From Amphiscolops sp. MND2022 (taxonomy: Eukaryota), in contig OZ076412.1 of assembly GCA_964187785.1 (NCBI GenBank), forward strand, positions 33,232,001 through 33,296,000: a stretch of DNA of 64,000 nucleotides. Reading direction: 5' to 3'. Made by a program: the position numbers and the translations under genes. Shown here piece by piece: positions 1-12,937 of the stretch. The notes under the pieces are model-generated. The model was not told where the DNA came from, searched no databases, and worked only from the letters and a program-made list of their open reading frames with translations. The first letter of the stretch is position 1. Every line of letters starts with the position of its first letter.

Positions 1-1990
1 TTTACCCTGCGAGTAGACAACCAAGCACTATCCTGGCTAAAAACCTATTCCACTGTTCAAGCGATGCTTGGCCGCTGGATAATGACACTCGACAAATATC
101 ACTTTCGAGTGGAACAGCGTCCACGTACCCAACACCGCAATGCCGATGGATTGAGTAAAAGAACTAAAGAACACCGGTGGCGAGAAAGGCAGCTTGCACA
201 GCTACCGCCCTCCGGTGAACGTTGGAACTTACTTTCAGCAAAAGAGTTCGACCAACTGCCCACCGCACCATGGTTTGATGTTCAAGGTAGAGTAATCTCA
301 AATCACCCTGCCCTACCTGACCACCTGCAGAATTTGGAGTCTGAGGCCCCCAACATGTTGCGTTGCGTACTCCGTCAGAGACAACGGGCATACAAGCGCG
401 CCAAACAGGCGAAGGCGTTGGCTGCACCTTTACCACCCCTGCCGCCACCCGAACCACAAGTACACCGAGTTTTTATCCAAATTACCCAGAAGACTGGATA
501 GATGTCACCAAAGAGACCAGTTGCCGACACACGTAGCCAATGTCCCCTCGCGGACCATATATTCTGTAACTGAAACCAGTGCCGCTACATTAGTGAACCC
601 CCCCCAGGAGTACGTCACTCCGTAATGGCCCTTCGGGATATCAATACAGAACTCCAAGAACACACAAACACAGAAGATGGGATCAAGGATCTGGTCTTAG
701 CCCAAAACCGTGATGTCCACGTACTAGCAATCAAAAAGTTGGTCATGAACGAAGCCATAGACCTTGAGATCTTCCCGGAAGACGTGCAAGAGTTTGCCCG
801 CAATTACTTCCGTCAAAAAAAGGAACTCTTATTTATTAACAAGAACAGTGTACTTTGTGACACCCAGTCAGCGTCCACTTCACGAAAGTCCGTGTATGAT
901 TGTCGTGCCACCACTCTATCAACACGAAATCTTATTCCGCGCGAATGACGCCATGGGTCATCAAGGTATCTCAAAGGTTGTTGCCCGCCAGGCCTTCGTC
1001 GCTGTGTCGGCAAATATGTCGGCCACTGTATAACCTGCCAACAAGTGCGGGATAAACCTGGTAACGTCGGGTTTTATTTGAAGAACATTCAAAGTGGCTA
1101 CTTCAACGAATTGGTTCAGTACGATCATCTGAAAATCTGCCCCTGGGATAGCAACAACACTGGCATATTAGTGAACATTGACCACTTTTCCAAATTTGCT
1201 GAAGATGTTCCCTGTGGACATGACGATTACGACGCTCAGACGACTTCAAGGTTCTTGCTACAAAATTGGTTTGCCCGTCACGGAACACGAACTCGCATGC
1301 AATCAGACAATGCTCCCAATCTAACAGCGGTAGTATCCAACGAGTTCTTAAAAGCGTCCCAAGTCACGAAAGTAGCCTCCACTGCTGGGTATCCGCGCAC
1401 ACAAGCCAAGTTGAACGGCAAAACCGCACACTCTTAACTTTACTACGTGTTCTCTGCTCACGCCGTATGCGTGATTGGGACCAACAACTGGATGAGGTTA
1501 TCGGGGCTTACAACTCCACCAAGCATGCCACCACCTGCTTTTCACCGCACATGCTCACGCGTGGCGTAGAGAAAGCCATTCCGCTTACCTTTCTAGATCC
1601 CGAGATTGCAACTCATTCCTTTGAGTCACATGAAGCGTACGTGGATCATGTGTTGGCTCGCCGAAATTCATGACTTGGTCCGTCGTAATACGCACCAACC
1701 TCAGGTACGACAAAAATTAAATTACGACCGCTCTATTCAAGCTCGGGCATACCAGCCTGGCGACTTAGTCTGGGTCTTTTGCCGCTATGTGCCGCAAAAG
1801 GGCGCTCCCAAACTAATGCGTGCCTGACGTGGCCCGCATGAGGTGGTTCACGTGTTTCAAGACGGTCTAGTATACGTCCTTCATACGTGACAAAAAGTCC
1901 ATTTTGAACGTCCTAAACCGCACCAAAGCGGACCATTGGAACTCGCCACGGTCCAAGCAGTCGACGGCCACATCGAAGTCCTAATGGACC
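1..1990 (+). pseudogene. pol: Gypsy pol remnant: RNase H C-terminus, integrase (HHCC, core, GPY/F)
   Basis: FTLRVDNQALSWL..GRWIMTLDKY..HRNADGLS; integrase Zn-binding remnant DAMGHQG...TCQQ; core LVQYDHL..IDHFSKFA..MQSDNAPN..ERQNRTL; AYQPGDLVWV..RGPHEV. Several frameshifts and stops. Confidence 0.92.
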
Positions 1991-3589
1991 TTGACCCTGA
2001 GCACCCAGTCGACGTAATTGACGACGACATGTCTCAGCCCTCCTACGAAACTGAACATTTACTTTCAGAGGCCTCGGATGTTTCTCTACCCTCGCGCGGA
2101 CGACACTGAATGGATACTCGCCTACGTTCCAGACTTCGTGCAAGAGGCTCCCGCATGCACTACCAAAAATTCGACTATTCTACCTCTGGTACCGACGACG
2201 AATTGTCTGACGTCATGTTGACGATTCCTCCCCTTCTGGTCGATGCTAACCCAGTTGAGCCTAAAGCTCCTGGTCCCTCAGACCACTCCATATCGCCCAC
2301 ACGGTACCCACCGCAACTCTTCTCCGACCTTGAGCCAGCGCGCTCTCCATCACCGCAATTAACAGCTACGGAGAAAAAAACCTTCCTTGCTAGGTGCGTC
2401 TGCTCCATTATTGACTAATCCTTCATTCACGGACTTCCTTAGCAAGTATCCCATCTGGCCCACTGCCACACAACCACATCCTGATTCAACCAATTTTGAC
2501 TCCAATGACCCGTCGCCAGCACCGACCACTGCCTCTGTACTGCCCAGAGCGGGGACCGCTCCTTCTCTCAAAAGGGGGAGGGAGAGACCACCGAAACCGA
2601 AAAAAAGCGACTGGTTCAGCCGAAAGCGAGAACAAGAAAAAAGACGCCAACGAGAGTAACGGAATCCGAGGTCCCAACGGCGTCGGAAGCTCCTAGATAT
2701 CAACTACGGAATAAGCGACAGTCGCGCTACAAATGTGAAACTTGTGGACTGCGAGACTGCGTATGTGTGTTGGCTGCAACGGAGAACCGGGGGATACCCA
2801 TTGGAGCCCGGGGAGTTCCTCCAGAAGAAGGAGGAACAAAAAGCATGGTCTATTGTCTCACCGTACGAGCTGAAAAGACGTATTCGGATGTAGAACGAAC
2901 TGGAGATCACCAAACAGATACAATCCTACTGAAATTGTCATCACCGGGAGTAGCGAAAGCTCGTGTCTTGATTCAAGGAGTGGACCAGTGATGGAAAAGG
3001 CCTGGAGTTCACTCCGGCTACCGTGATTCCTCCAGTACCAAATAATACTGTGTTTGGGCCATTCAACTTCGAGCGTGAGCCTGTGCAAATGGCCCGCTGC
3101 AAAACTGCTGATCTGCTGCATGATGAATATGGAGTACATGTGGAACCTGGTGGAGTCTATAGTCCGGCTCAGTATTGGTGGCTGCTGGTTACTGCCCCGC
3201 GAGTGGATGCATTAGTGGATCCTTCGCCTTTGCTATCTTGCTTGGAGAGTTTTTCGGACTCTCACTACGGCAGATCTCATACCATGCTTCCACATTATTG
3301 ATTGGGATCGGGGTAAAGTGAAATTCGCTTGGTGGTTGGAGCTGATCATCACATGCTTCGCCACTTATCCCAGAATCTGCTTGTTGGATGAATGGACCCA
3401 CACCTTCGAAAGTCCACTTTCCCCAAAGGCTGCTCTAGGTACCCTAGATATCTGTACCAAGGCAAACAGCGACAACAGAGCAATGCCACGCTCAGTGTGG
3501 CAAGACTTAGCCTCAATTCAAGGACGTACACCTCGTGTGTGCCTCCCTTCTGGTAACGGGCCGGGACATGAAATAGTCTACCCCGGAGC

Positions 3590-4091
3590 CCTACATCCTA
3601 ATTTGGTGGATTACATATCCTATGATGTAACGGACTTTCTGCAGGCGGAAGGCGACATTGCGTTGGCCTGCCCAGTTGACTTGGAGACCAATTCCGCCGT
3701 TTTACGGTACATTCTGGTACATTCTGAGAGAATACGGAAAAGAGCGCATACTTTCCTTACAACCACAGGTGGGTGAAGTCCTAACTGTTCCGAATGAAAT
3801 CACTGGGAGCTGAACCCAGAATATTCATTTCTTGATGATCAGAGCAAAACAACGCGCGCCACTTTTCCACTTTTGACCGATGATTATCTGCGCTGCATGG
3901 CACGGCTAATACGGTGCCTGTTGGGTAAAGGATCTACGGTGATCCATTTCCCTTTTTTGGATCCAAAGAGACCAGCCTTTTCACTGGTAAATCTGTATCA
4001 TACGATAATGAACTTATTAGCGGACACCGACGTCCGAGTAGTACTACACAACCGCGTGTACGTATCTATACTTAGCGTAGGACTTCAGTAG
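3590..4091 (+). pseudogene. TARG1/OARD1-like macrodomain, degenerate and frameshifted
   Basis: Rejoined across the 10-bp duplication gtacattctg (~3707-3726), one stop and a second frameshift near 3870: DIALACPVDLETNSAVLRYILREYGKERILSLQPQVGEVLTV..IHFLMIRAKQRAP..DDYLRCMARLIRCLLGKGSTVIHFPFLD..LVNLYHTIMNLLADTDVRVVLH. This aligns by eye with the OARD1 pattern AHCISED..FKKKFG..GEVAVL..IYYLITK..GVTDLSMPRIG..FEATDIKITVY. Confidence 0.65.
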
Positions 4092-4396
4092 CCTTGCTGC
4101 GCCTCATAATTCCTGAAATTGCAATCCCTCACACGACCAATTAGCTTTGCATGTTTCGTGGGAGAGAACCTCTAGTCCTCCTACTTAAATAACCAACCTG
4201 ACTCTTTAGTTTTTAGTTAGTGTTAAGTTCTTTAAGTTTGATATTGTTCAACTACAAAATTCCCCTAAGGAACTAACCTCATGCACCTTTGTCTTGGTAA
4301 TGAGCCTTAAGCTCTTGCTGAAAACCACCTTGTTCTGAGTCTGACATGAGCTCTTTTTAGACCTATGAGTTAACGGCATTCTACCCCACTAGTTCA

Positions 4397-6932
4397 ATGC
4401 CTCCTCCAGCACCTGCTGGCCCACAGAGAACCCAGGAAACTGCGCGAGCGCTGAGAGTCAGACAGGCGCAATACATAGAGGAGTGCCTTTGAAATGGCTT
4501 TCCTCCCGTAGCCGTGGCTGGAGTGGTGGCCCTCAGCTAGAGACTATGCAGGCCCGCCCAGGTATGTCTCTTGCTATCAATGCGGAGGTGGCTGGCTACC
4601 GACGCCCTTTAGTGTGCCACAAAAACGCGTGGGATGGATATGATTTGACCCACCTGCTCCTGGACGAGAGATCCACCACGGTGTATGGACAAAGCCAAGG
4701 CAATATGTTCGAGCAGGAAGCGTCCTTGAAGATGATGCCAACCAACCAACTCACATCACAATTGCCGCCTTCTCAGACGGTATCTTATCAGCAACCGATC
4801 TTATAAGCAAACGCAAGCTGTACCATCATATGCCGGTTCTCCTGTTTTTGGAAAGCAACACGGGATGCCACCCGCCGTTGCGCAAACCACCTCTAGAGTG
4901 CAAACAACGTCCAGAGCACCGATAGCCGACCGTGAGCCTTCAGAATCCCGCATTTTTCCCCTGCCAAGTCCAGACCTCACTGGTAGAAGTCCTAGCGAGC
5001 AAGCGGTGATAGTTGCGCTGCAAGCTGTCGCCATTTATCCGGGGTCATCAGACTTTGTACGAGCCGTGCAACAACGAGTACCGGGCTTGGCTGAGTACTT
5101 GCAAGCGGCAGCTCAGTCCTCCGGCTGTGAATCACCGGCAATGCCAACAGGAGCCTCACCCATGGAAGCTGACGTCAGAATGGGAGATAATAGAGCCCTA
5201 CCCTCAAGTTCTAGTGATGAAGCTGGCCGAAAAAGAGTAACCCAGGAAATCACCGCTTCCACGTCAGCAGACTCAAAAACTGAGAGCCCAACCAGTCGTC
5301 CTCCCCCAAATAAACAACAAGCCGATGCCTCAAAACCCACGCTGAAGAGTGTAGTGATCGCAAGACCACAATTTCGAGTAGGACATATAGGTGTGGGGGC
5401 ACCGCAATTGTCGATGAAGGAAGCGGTCAAGAGATATGGAGATCCTGAAACCAACTCTGACACGAGCCCTGTGTCCTCGGCACAGTAACGGCAACAACCA
5501 CACTGACTCCTAACGAATTCATAGAAGCAGAGGAACCACGTCCGCCAGCTTTCCTTCCGCCATACGAAGACGTGTCAGGTTCTGTGGTCGCAAACGACTC
5601 CAAACGCATATGGCAAGCAGCAGAATTCTTCCATGCGCACATGTACGCCACAAAGAGACGAACCGCTCCTAACAATGCCGACCAACGTATTGTTGCCCAA
5701 TACAGTATCGCATCTCACGTCACTCGCGGACTGCGAACACATAATGCGGACCTATCAGAGCAAGCTTGGGAGCAACGCGCTGCTGAGCGACTGCCAAGAA
5801 CGCGTCATAATTACCAAGCCGCCATACAACATGACCTGTTTGAACAGTTTCCAGCACGATATTCCTTGCGAGAAGGAGAGATGGGAAGCAAATGCCCGGT
5901 ATGCACGGCATTTGACATCACTGAAGCTACAATTGAAGAGTGCTCTGCAACGTGCCCGTTATTGTGTGATTGTAGACTCAACCTGCAGGAGCGACCTACC
6001 AATTGACAATCTGATGCCGGACGTAATGGCCATGACTATGCCATTGGCGCGTATTCCTGAAATGGCCAAAATGGTGGTGGCGATATTCGACCCAAACCTC
6101 ACAGGTTCACTGAAGGAACCACCGCCACATCGTGTCATCATCGCCAACGTCCTCGATCACATGGCATGTGAAGGACTGCCGATGAATCGGGATGTAGCTA
6201 TGAATGACGTCAAACATCCTGAACGTGCCGGAGGCCTGCTGCGAGTCGTAGCTGACGCAATGGAGACAGCCTTTGAGATCCTTCGGGTCAGTTGGGAGCC
6301 TCTGTACTCTTCGTTTCGCCGCCAGGATTCATATACTGGGAACAAAATCTCCATAATTTGTCTTCTTTCTGATGGAGGTGTGCAAAGCTCAACGAATAGA
6401 CTTCGCGATCTGTGCCCCAAATATACGGGTAGGTGCTGGTGATCTACGTCCAGCTGCACTCTCCTTCCTAGCATATATAGCATATATCGCGTCCATCTCA
6501 AAGGTGGCGCAATCTGTGGACCGCTTTGGAAATTCCCAGCTGACCATAGACGACGCCATCTTCTATGATCACGGAATGAGGATGGGTCGGTTGAGCTTTG
6601 ACGAGCAAGGTCGCCGGCTGACCAGGGAGGCAACAGCCACTGAACGAGAAGCAGTTCGCCGCCATAACTGGTTGGTGCGTAGCAACACAGAGATACCTGT
6701 ACGTGAGGAGCTATCGGATATGACAAAGCAGATTGGAGACTGGCCCACTGCACGTGCAGTTGAGAGAACGATTCCCCAAATTCGTTTCGCGTCTGGGTCG
6801 GAACCGGTGATACTTCCAGTGGGTCTGCGCAACATTATTGCCACTGAATCTGCAAACCTAAAAGCGGAAGTTGACGCCTGCGCGATCACATATGCGCCTG
6901 GTACCAAACTCGCTTTGCCGATCGAACCCTAG
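4397..6932 (+). pseudogene. Accessory ORF of element C: Pro/Ser-rich N-part plus SGNH/GDSL-hydrolase-like domain (~5960-6520)
   Basis: ATG at 4397 after an AT-rich spacer. Blocks CVIVDS (I), MPLARI (II), RVIIANVLDH (III), VLFVSPPG (IV) and GDLRP (V, His to Arg) occur in order across frameshifts. Confidence 0.55.
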
Positions 6933-8541
6933 AAAATGTAGCTTCCGAGCTCAAGCTGCCCCTGAAAGCCATCTGCACTAGCCTTGGCATGGGTTGGAAC
7001 ATAGATGTGCTTGCTGCTGAGTTTGCGCTTACCAATGCTCGAGCCGATAAACTGCTAGAAACGATTGGGGAAAAGACCATTGGAGAGGTGCTAGCGCTCG
7101 CGCTAGCTGCAGGGCCAACCAAATTTGTGGCAGGATCATTGGCACTACTGATTGAAATAGTTGTATCCTGCGACCTAATCATGTTTTATAGCTATCTTAT
7201 CCTAGCTCAGGGACAACTCCGTAGTATGGTTCACTGGAGTCACATTCTATACACAAAAGACCAACAAAATTACTCAGCCCAGCAAGAACGCATACGTGCT
7301 TCTATGCCACACTGGTTGTTTTCTACCTCAGTGTTTGCGTCAGGATTGTTCGTTGGTGTTGATCAAGTACAACCACTGCACGACTCCGAGCGACAATTGC
7401 CCTGGGAGACCGCTGGATCTCCCATGCCACAACAACTCGCTGACCAGACCCTTGCAGAAACGGAGGACTTTGTTCCTGCAATGGCGCCGGTCTTGCCCCC
7501 CATTTTTGGTGCCATTAAAGTATCTCGGTACCCCACTAAGCCAATTGCGATGGCAGTGCTAGTACACTCGGTATCCATCTGCACCTATTTACAAGGTAGT
7601 CAACCACTAACCTACCCCAAAGTCCTCAGCGCCATCATGAGTGGTGAAATGCCCCAGGCGTACACCACGATAAAGACAGATAAACAGCTTCTGTCTGATA
7701 ATGGGCCTTCTGCGTGCCCGCACTCGTAAAGCTAGTCCCCTGTCGCGAGAGCGCGGCCCAGTCAATTGGTATGCGGCGCCGTTGAGCCTCGATGGGTTCT
7801 CGTTTCGGTTCCCATGGTCTCAGGAACCCTTGCGTAAAATCATCAAAGTTAGCACGAGTGCTAGCTCAAATGTGGATCACCTACACTCCTTTCGATGCAT
7901 CACATTTCCTAATCGATACTGAAATGAACCGGTGGGATGGCCCCGCGCGCGCCATGTGGGACGAGCACCCGATTGTCTCGACCACCAGCTTCAACACTTG
8001 GACTTAGTAAGGGTCCCGTGCTGGATCGAAAGTGCACAAAAGAAATCTCAAGTGCCGCATTATTCCCCTCAGACGAGACCCTTTTTGGCAGCCCGAAGTG
8101 AAGACGACTATGTCTGCCGACATGCAGTTGGTGATGCACGACATTGTGAACACTGTGCTTGGACCTGAAACCCGTGAAGAATGGGAAGAGCAATGCCTTG
8201 AGATAGAGATCGCCAGCTTCCCCAATTGGAAAAGAGCTTTCGAGCTCTGGACAGAAGTAAACTGGGTGTCCAAGCGCGTAGCCCTGGCGGTTGACAGTAG
8301 AGCGGAAACCGCTAGACAGCAGACGTTCGCACTTGCCATGCCCGCTCCAATCATGGCGATGTCACTCGACCAACCAATAACCATTGCGCTTCCCACCCAC
8401 ATACTGAACACCGAACCAATAAGTCCTCCAATCATCCAGAGGTCAAATGAAGGGGAGCATACAGCAGCAGAATTGACTCCAGACCTCGCCTTAATCCAGT
8501 CAATTGCCGACTTGAACATGCCCGAAACCTCTGGCTCCTAA
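6900..8541 (+). pseudogene. Further accessory coding sequence of element C, unknown function
   Basis: ORFs 6989-7729 and 8032-8541 plus frameshifted fragments on the same strand with the same composition. No recognisable domain. Confidence 0.4.
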
Positions 8542-9332
8542 GCAATGATGACAGCAACGTCTCCTAGGCGAAGAGCATCAGTGTCAACAGAAAATGGTGA
8601 CGCAGTCAATGAAGCAGATAAAAAAAATTCTAGAAGTACCTCGGCCCAGTGAAAAAATCAAGCCGCAAACGGGAGCGTTCGCGCTCCCTAGATCTCTGTG
8701 AGCTCAATGAAGTCCTCTTGAACTAAAACTTTGCCTGAACATTTTTTGCCTGATATTATCCAAATGCAAGGTGCTACCATACAAAGTTCAATTTTTGTTA
8801 TTTAGTTATCTAGTTGATAGTTATTATATTTGTTCTGCACTGGGTGTACGGCCTTAGAGTGCGTCTGCCCAAGTTGCTCGCTTGGCAATCAAGAAACTAT
8901 GAAACAAGAAAATACTGCTATTTTTGTTTAGCAACGTTCGCGGTGTCCCTGAGTTGACATAGTCAAATGGAAGAAATTTTGATCGCAATTGCTGTAACTT
9001 TCTGTCGTATGAATTCTATTGGTTGTCTTGCGATTGAATGAGCCCAAGAGCTTCAAAAAGTTCTTCTGGAAAACCTGAAAACAAATAAATTGTAAATAAG
9101 ACTGCGCTGGAAAAAAAGACTTTTTAGCCGACAGTCGTCGCAAAATTTTGTAACGGCAAGAGGTGTTGCGCGTTAGTTAATTCGCTCCGCCGATTGGGAG
9201 AAACCTGAACATGATGCAGTTGTACAATGAAACACCTGTACAATCGTCTTGATAATACAAGGATGGATTCAAATTTATTTCCAATGCTCACAAGCTGAGA
9301 TTCCACCGCCAATGTTGGTTAGCAATTCAGGC

Positions 9333-11830
9333 AAGGTAATTACAAGAGCCAGGCAAATTTTGACATTATTAATTTTGACATTTCAGATGTGATTTTGACT
9401 TTATTTAAACTTATAAAACACTTTTTAACCTTATTTTAACTTTAAAAAGATTATCTCAACCATCAATTTCAAGATTGACAAATGTTGAAATATAATGAGT
9501 TATATTATGCTCCAGAAAGTTTTTATCTTTTGCCAAAAGTTTTCGTAATTTTGAGAAGGACTTTTCAATTCGTGCATCTGAAGTTTTGTAACAACAACTT
9601 CCGATATCAACAATTTTCGACGAGTTTTTCATCAAAATACCAAAAATTCGTTCAAATCTTACGTGACACTCAAACATGCTTGCGGTCAAAGACCTGCCAA
9701 AAAGCAACCTCAGAAAGAGCTAGAGACGCTCGCGAGAGCACAAAAAAGCAACACCAGCAGCTAGTACAGCTGTTTCTGACACTATCTCACGGAAATGTGC
9801 CATTCTCCAGCGAGATGTCTCTACTTTAGTAGCGAAAACCTGTGGATCAGAATGTCTGCCTGAAAACCCCTGTGGCGTTCTGTGGTGGCCTGCTCGAGCG
9901 CTGGGCATCATCCCTTTTGTCATTTTTCCACGAAAATTGAACTGAAACTGTTGTATGTTGTTGGAATTCGTGCTGTTCAAATTGATATGCTCGAGAGCTG
10001 TTTGAAACATATATACTACAGTTCTGCATAGGAGATTTGTCAGATTTCCCTAATATTATGGTTCAACTCCAATTCGGTTTTCGGCCCAATTTTTAAAAGC
10101 TAATCAAGCAGTGGTCTTTATGCCAAGGAAGATGCCTGTTACTTTTAGCAGTTACAGACTAGGACCAGGCCAGAGAGCATCCTATAAGACGGTTCCCCCA
10201 CCCTAGGACTGGCTTCCTTGGAGGCAAAAAGAGCTAGGGCCGTGGAGATCTAAGTCCCGGATTATATTCACAGTTCCAGTTCCTCCACCTCTTGTTTCGG
10301 TCAAACGCTTAGCGCTTATCGTTACATGAGAACTCATGATTTGGCGACCTCAGAGGGATCGTCTTGGGAAGCTTTCCGAGCGGTTATTAAAAAACCTGGC
10401 CCCCTGGTGATCAGCGCCAAGCCCGTTTCGACTCTAACGAGGAAGGAGAAATGAGAGTTTTATTCTATTTTAGTTGTATTACCTCTTACCAGAAGCAGAA
10501 ATGTGTTGCACGAGAGAAAACCCGAAAAAATTACGTTTTCAAATGCGAAAATGGCATTTTTTAGGTGTTTTGGAAGGAAATCGCCAAAATTGTGTGATGT
10601 GTTGTGTGCCCAACAGCGGGTATCTTTTTGCAGGTGTAGACGACCGAAGCACGTGGCTACGGGTGTTTAACAACTTTTTTGAGCTATTTTCAGCCATTTT
10701 ATGCCATGCAAGGAGGTGATTGATGGATGGTCAGCCACGAGCCAGTGCGGCGAAGAGGGGTCAAATCGTATGTTGCAGACTTTCTTCTCCCATTTCTCGT
10801 GGAGACGTCCTAGAGGCATGGTTTTTGATGGACAGCTAGTGCAAGAGTAGACGATGCTAAAGGTCCAAACCGCGTGTCCATCTGGCACCAATCACCGTGC
10901 GCCATCTGGCTGCAGGGATGCAAACATGACTTATTAATATGTACCCGGGTCGACCCTCCATGGATATCTTAGTAAGATCTTGGCAAGCTCTTGCCAAGAT
11001 CTTGGAAAAATTTTAGCTAAGATTTTGCCAAGATATTGCCAAGAATTGCAAGATGTCATGGTAAGATCTTATCAAGAGAGCCATGTTCCCAAGAAAAATT
11101 TCATTGCAAAATACTATTTGGCCAGAAAAAATCTGAAAGGAAGTCAACAAAAATCAACATTTTTGCAGAATTATACCGGTAGACACTAAAAGGTTCTGTT
11201 AGCAAGGTTTCAATTTTGATTAAGGACTCCTTATGCTGTTTAATGCACTGGTTAAAATGTTCTATCAATTGCAAAACCGTCGCTAACAACGGCGTCAGAA
11301 AAACCTCGAGTTGAATAATTACCCACATCGGGCAACGACCGCCGTTTCCAGCAGTAAAAGGGCTGTTGAAAGAGGCTCAAACGAAGCTTGATTTATTAAT
11401 TTACAAAAATTACTAATTTTTAACCTGATTACTAATTGTTTTCTGCATGCAAATTTATTTTAGATTTTTGCATGGAAATTTATATCAGCGGGTTGAGGCA
11501 TTTTGATTATGGAAACGAGTAGAAATAGTCGTTGTGGGGTGGAATGAGCCTTTAGATTGAGCCTCGGCTGCTTGTACTGAACGGATAGTGTTTTATTTAC
11601 AATCTTAGAAATTTGTCCATCGTGACAAGATACGATCTTAGAAAGATCTTATTGAGAACCTTGCCATGGTTTCCATGGTCGCCAAGATGTAGTAAGAACT
11701 TGGTAAGATCTTGCCAAGACAGCGAAAAATGCTAGTAAGAGGGTCAACTCAGGTAATATAATACATGTAAATTTTGACGCCATTGACTTTTTGACTTTTT
11801 TGAATCTTGCCTGGCCCTAGTAATTACCTT
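9333..11830. mobile_element. Non-autonomous TIR DNA transposon, possibly Kolobok-like
   Basis: 24-bp inverted repeats aaggtaattacaagagccaggcaa (9333-9356) and ttgcctggccctagtaattacctt (11807-11830), 22/24 match. TTAA at the right end only. Confidence 0.5.
10944..11753. mobile_element. MITE-like element with TA target duplication (Tc1/mariner-type), nested in the 9333-11830 element
   Basis: ta|cccgggtcgaccctc ... gagggtcaactcagg|ta (14/17 inverted match). Subterminal tcttgccaaga/aagatctt repeats at both ends. Confidence 0.6.
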
Positions 11831-12780
11831 AAGTCATATTGGCTCTGTAATTCGCAGTCTCAGCGAAAGAAGGAGTTATTGAAAATTGGTGATTAATTCA
11901 TCTAAACTGAAATTTCTTTTAATTAAATTGAAATTTTGTTGCGTATTTAGTTTCATCGCAATTCGCAGATTCATCTAAAATGAAATTTATTCATTTAAAT
12001 TGACAGCGATCAGCGGGGACATATAAATGGAACGTTACATCTTATTGGTGAGTTCATTCAACTTGAAAATTTGTTCATCTAAATTAGAACCACAAATCTA
12101 TATTGACTACAACGTGCTAACCGTTTCGGGAACTCAGGAGCGAGAAATGGGCTCTCAAATTTTAAAAATGTGGGGAACGTTTTTTGGCACCAAAAATATC
12201 AGTTTTGACTACATTTTGAACTTTGCCGGCAAAACGTCAGCCAAAAAAATCATCAGATGCTTTTGCTACTCACGTGCAAAGTTTGAGGATAATGGTATGG
12301 GTAGTTTCTCGGATAAGCTTGAAATCGACACATTCGCGCTTGGTTGCTATTGATCTATTCTCAAATTCGGTCTCGAGCCCTGACCATCCTTCAAGGTCGT
12401 TATCGACTTAACGACTTATGCAGGCAGTGGTCAGTACTAGTCACCTAATACCGACATTGACTGTCAACACAAACTCAGCAAAAAAGCCGAAAACTTCGAC
12501 GAGGGGATTTGATTCCCTGCAGCGCACATTTTTTCAATATAGTTTTGAAACAAGCCCGAACTGCATAACTCGGCCACGCTTAAGGCTCAAAAAACACATG
12601 GAATTCAAAGTGGCAAGTAATCTTTTCCATAGTACCTGAAAAAAAACTAAAACGGGGGCCGATTGCGCGGGCCCTTGGTGCGCCAAATGTGAGGACCCTT
12701 TACGGTTTTGTAAAGTGGATTCCGTTGCAAAATATTCATTAAAATTGAAAGTGAGTCCCTTAGAGACATTCAAAAGTTAT

Positions 12781-12861
12781 TGAAGAGTAAAAAGAAATTC
12801 GAGGACAAACTGTTATGAGATTCTATCCTATTTAAGTAATTAATCTCAAGTACCTGCTACA
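12781..12861 (+). repeat. 5' LTR of element D (81 bp, TG...CA)
   Basis: tgaagagtaa...aagtacctgctaca matches 18352-18426 plus 35132-35136. Confidence 0.8.
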
Positions 12862-12937
12862 TTGCGCAGTCAGTGTCAGTTAAACTGACAATTACAACAG
12901 AACTAGCGAACAGCTAGATACTCCAAACAACTTAACG

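Larger units (their letters stand above)
1..8560 (+). mobile_element. Ty3/Gypsy LTR retrotransposon 'C', starts off-window and is 3'-truncated; pol remnant plus about 6 kb of same-strand accessory ORFs
   Basis: RNase H end, integrase and GPY/F motifs at 1-1990, then a continuous GC-richer coding-like tract to ~8541. No LTR or PPT found at the right end. Confidence 0.8.

Noticed and set aside
4572-4586. CYQCG zinc-knuckle-like peptide
   Set aside because: It lies in a frame other than the probable coding frame and lacks the H and final C.
8860-9330. Possible further host exons on the minus strand (acceptors ttttcag and tttcatag)
   Set aside because: I could not build a stop-free, recognisable reading frame or link it to the TIL exon.
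10342-10349. PBS-like TGGCGACC
   Set aside because: No adjacent CA-ending LTR, partner LTR or gag.
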